Origin: Candidatus Zixiibacteriota bacterium
GTDB lineage: Bacteria > Zixibacteria > MSB-5A5 > GN15 > JAAZOE01
Assembly: GCA_043819555.1 (NCBI GenBank)
Contig: JBDREQ010000079.1
Location: 1-7,002, forward strand
DNA length: 7,002 nucleotides
Direction of reading: 5' to 3'
The notes below the pieces were generated by a model. The model was given only the letters and a program-made list of their open reading frames with translations, was not told the origin of the DNA and searched no databases. Both the position numbers and the translations under genes were made by a program. Below, in pieces: positions 6,326 to 7,002 of the stretch. Position 1 is the stretch's first letter. Each line of letters begins with the position of its first letter.

Positions 6326-6814
6326 ATGTCAGACAAAATTAAATTGTTGATTGTTGATGATGAGGAAAAATTTCTCGAGTCCATAGCCAAACGGCTTGAG
6401 ATGAGAGGTTTTGATGTTCGTACAGCGACGCGCGGAGCGCAAGCTGTGGAAATTGCACGAGAAGAGAAATTTGATCTTGCATTGTTGGATCTTAAGATGC
6501 CAGGAATGGATGGAAAGCAAGTATTGGAAATACTTAAGAAAGAACACAAACATATTGAAGTGATTATTCTAACAGGCCACGGTTCGATTGATTCAGCCAT
6601 TGAAAGTACCAAGCTTGGCGCTTTTGGGTATCTCCCCAAACCATATGAATTGGAGAAGCTGTTGGAAACCTTACAGCAAGCTTTCCAGGCTCGTATGGAA
6701 AAGAAGTTCAAAGTTGACCAAGCGAGAATGGACAAGCTCGCAGAGTTGGCGAAGGGACACAGTGCACTTGGCATCCTTCGCGAGATGAAACAGCTGGATG
6801 ACAGTGAGATGTAG
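6326..6814 (+). CDS. Stand-alone response regulator (REC domain plus ~40-aa helical tail, no DNA-binding domain), 162 aa
   Basis: LIVDDE, D55 in LLDLKMPG, T83 in LTGHGS, K105-P. SD AAAGGA at 6313-6318. Confidence 0.93.
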   Translation: MSDKIKLLIVDDEEKFLESIAKRLEMRGFDVRTATRGAQAVEIAREEKFDLALLDLKMPGMDGKQVLEILKKEHKHIEVIILTGHGSIDSAIESTKLGAFGYLPKPYELEKLLETLQQAFQARMEKKFKVDQARMDKLAELAKGHSALGILREMKQLDDSEM

Positions 6815-6862
6815 ACTTTCAGAGAAAGATAGTAGCGGTACAGCTTAGGTTACGATATAACA

Positions 6863-7002
6863 TGTACTGAACGATACTTAACTTGACAGTCACTTACCTC
6901 TGAGAGGTTTTTGGTTTAGGCCGTCAGTTTCTCTTCATTCTCCAGATTTGCATTATTTGCCAATTCCATTCCGTCAGTAAAAGTCTGAATCGGCGTTTTG
7001 CC
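6863..7002 (-). mobile_element. IS481-family insertion sequence, right end (continues beyond the window)
   Basis: Terminal sequence TGTACTGAACGATACTTAACTTGACAG (6863-6889) has the 5'-TGT end and the TGTA...ACTT...TGACAG pattern of IS481-family IRs. It lies just downstream of a transposase-like C-terminus on the - strand. Confidence 0.8.
6916..7002 (-). CDS. IS481-family transposase, C-terminal 28 aa (partial)
   Basis: Manual translation of the - strand gives GKTPIQTFTDGMELANNANLENEEKLTA* (stop 6918-6916). GKTP.QTF.D matches the G(K/R)TP..T(F/L).D tail of IS481-type transposases. Not in the ORF track. Confidence 0.75.
   Translation of the reverse strand, partial: GKTPIQTFTDGMELANNANLENEEKLTA

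Noticed and set aside
1232..6788. Shadow ORFs 1232-1519, 1961-2176, 3115-3354, 3875-4081, 4176-4388, 4896-5258, 5826-6071, 5845-6075, 6247-6774, 6329-6553 (-) and 6588-6788 (+)
   Set aside because: All lie wholly or almost wholly within well-supported genes, on the opposite strand or in another frame. They have biased compositions and show no recognisable motifs.
6883..6911. TTGACA as a promoter -35
   Set aside because: It is part of the IS inverted repeat, and there is no plausible -10 at 16-18 bp spacing.

Overview
Bacterial window. It opens with a sigma70-type promoter and tRNA-Ser(UGA) at 55-142. An AT-rich spacer follows, holding a degenerate tmRNA/tRNA 3'-end fragment and repeated IHF-like motifs that may be relics of an integration site. 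Next is a divergent pair: a small HPF/RaiA-like gene (-) and an NhaR-type LysR regulator (+), which is probably leaderless. The regulator leads into a tightly packed + strand cluster: a Cache-domain sensor histidine kinase, a CBS-pair protein, a receiver (REC) domain fused in frame to an SLC13/DASS transporter with non-canonical substrate-site motifs, and a stand-alone REC protein. Neither receiver has a DNA-binding domain, so the most interesting hypothesis is a two-component system whose output is the transporter itself. The window ends in the right end (IRR plus transposase C-terminus) of an IS481-family element that the ORF track missed. All family assignments come from motif recognition by eye; no database search was run.
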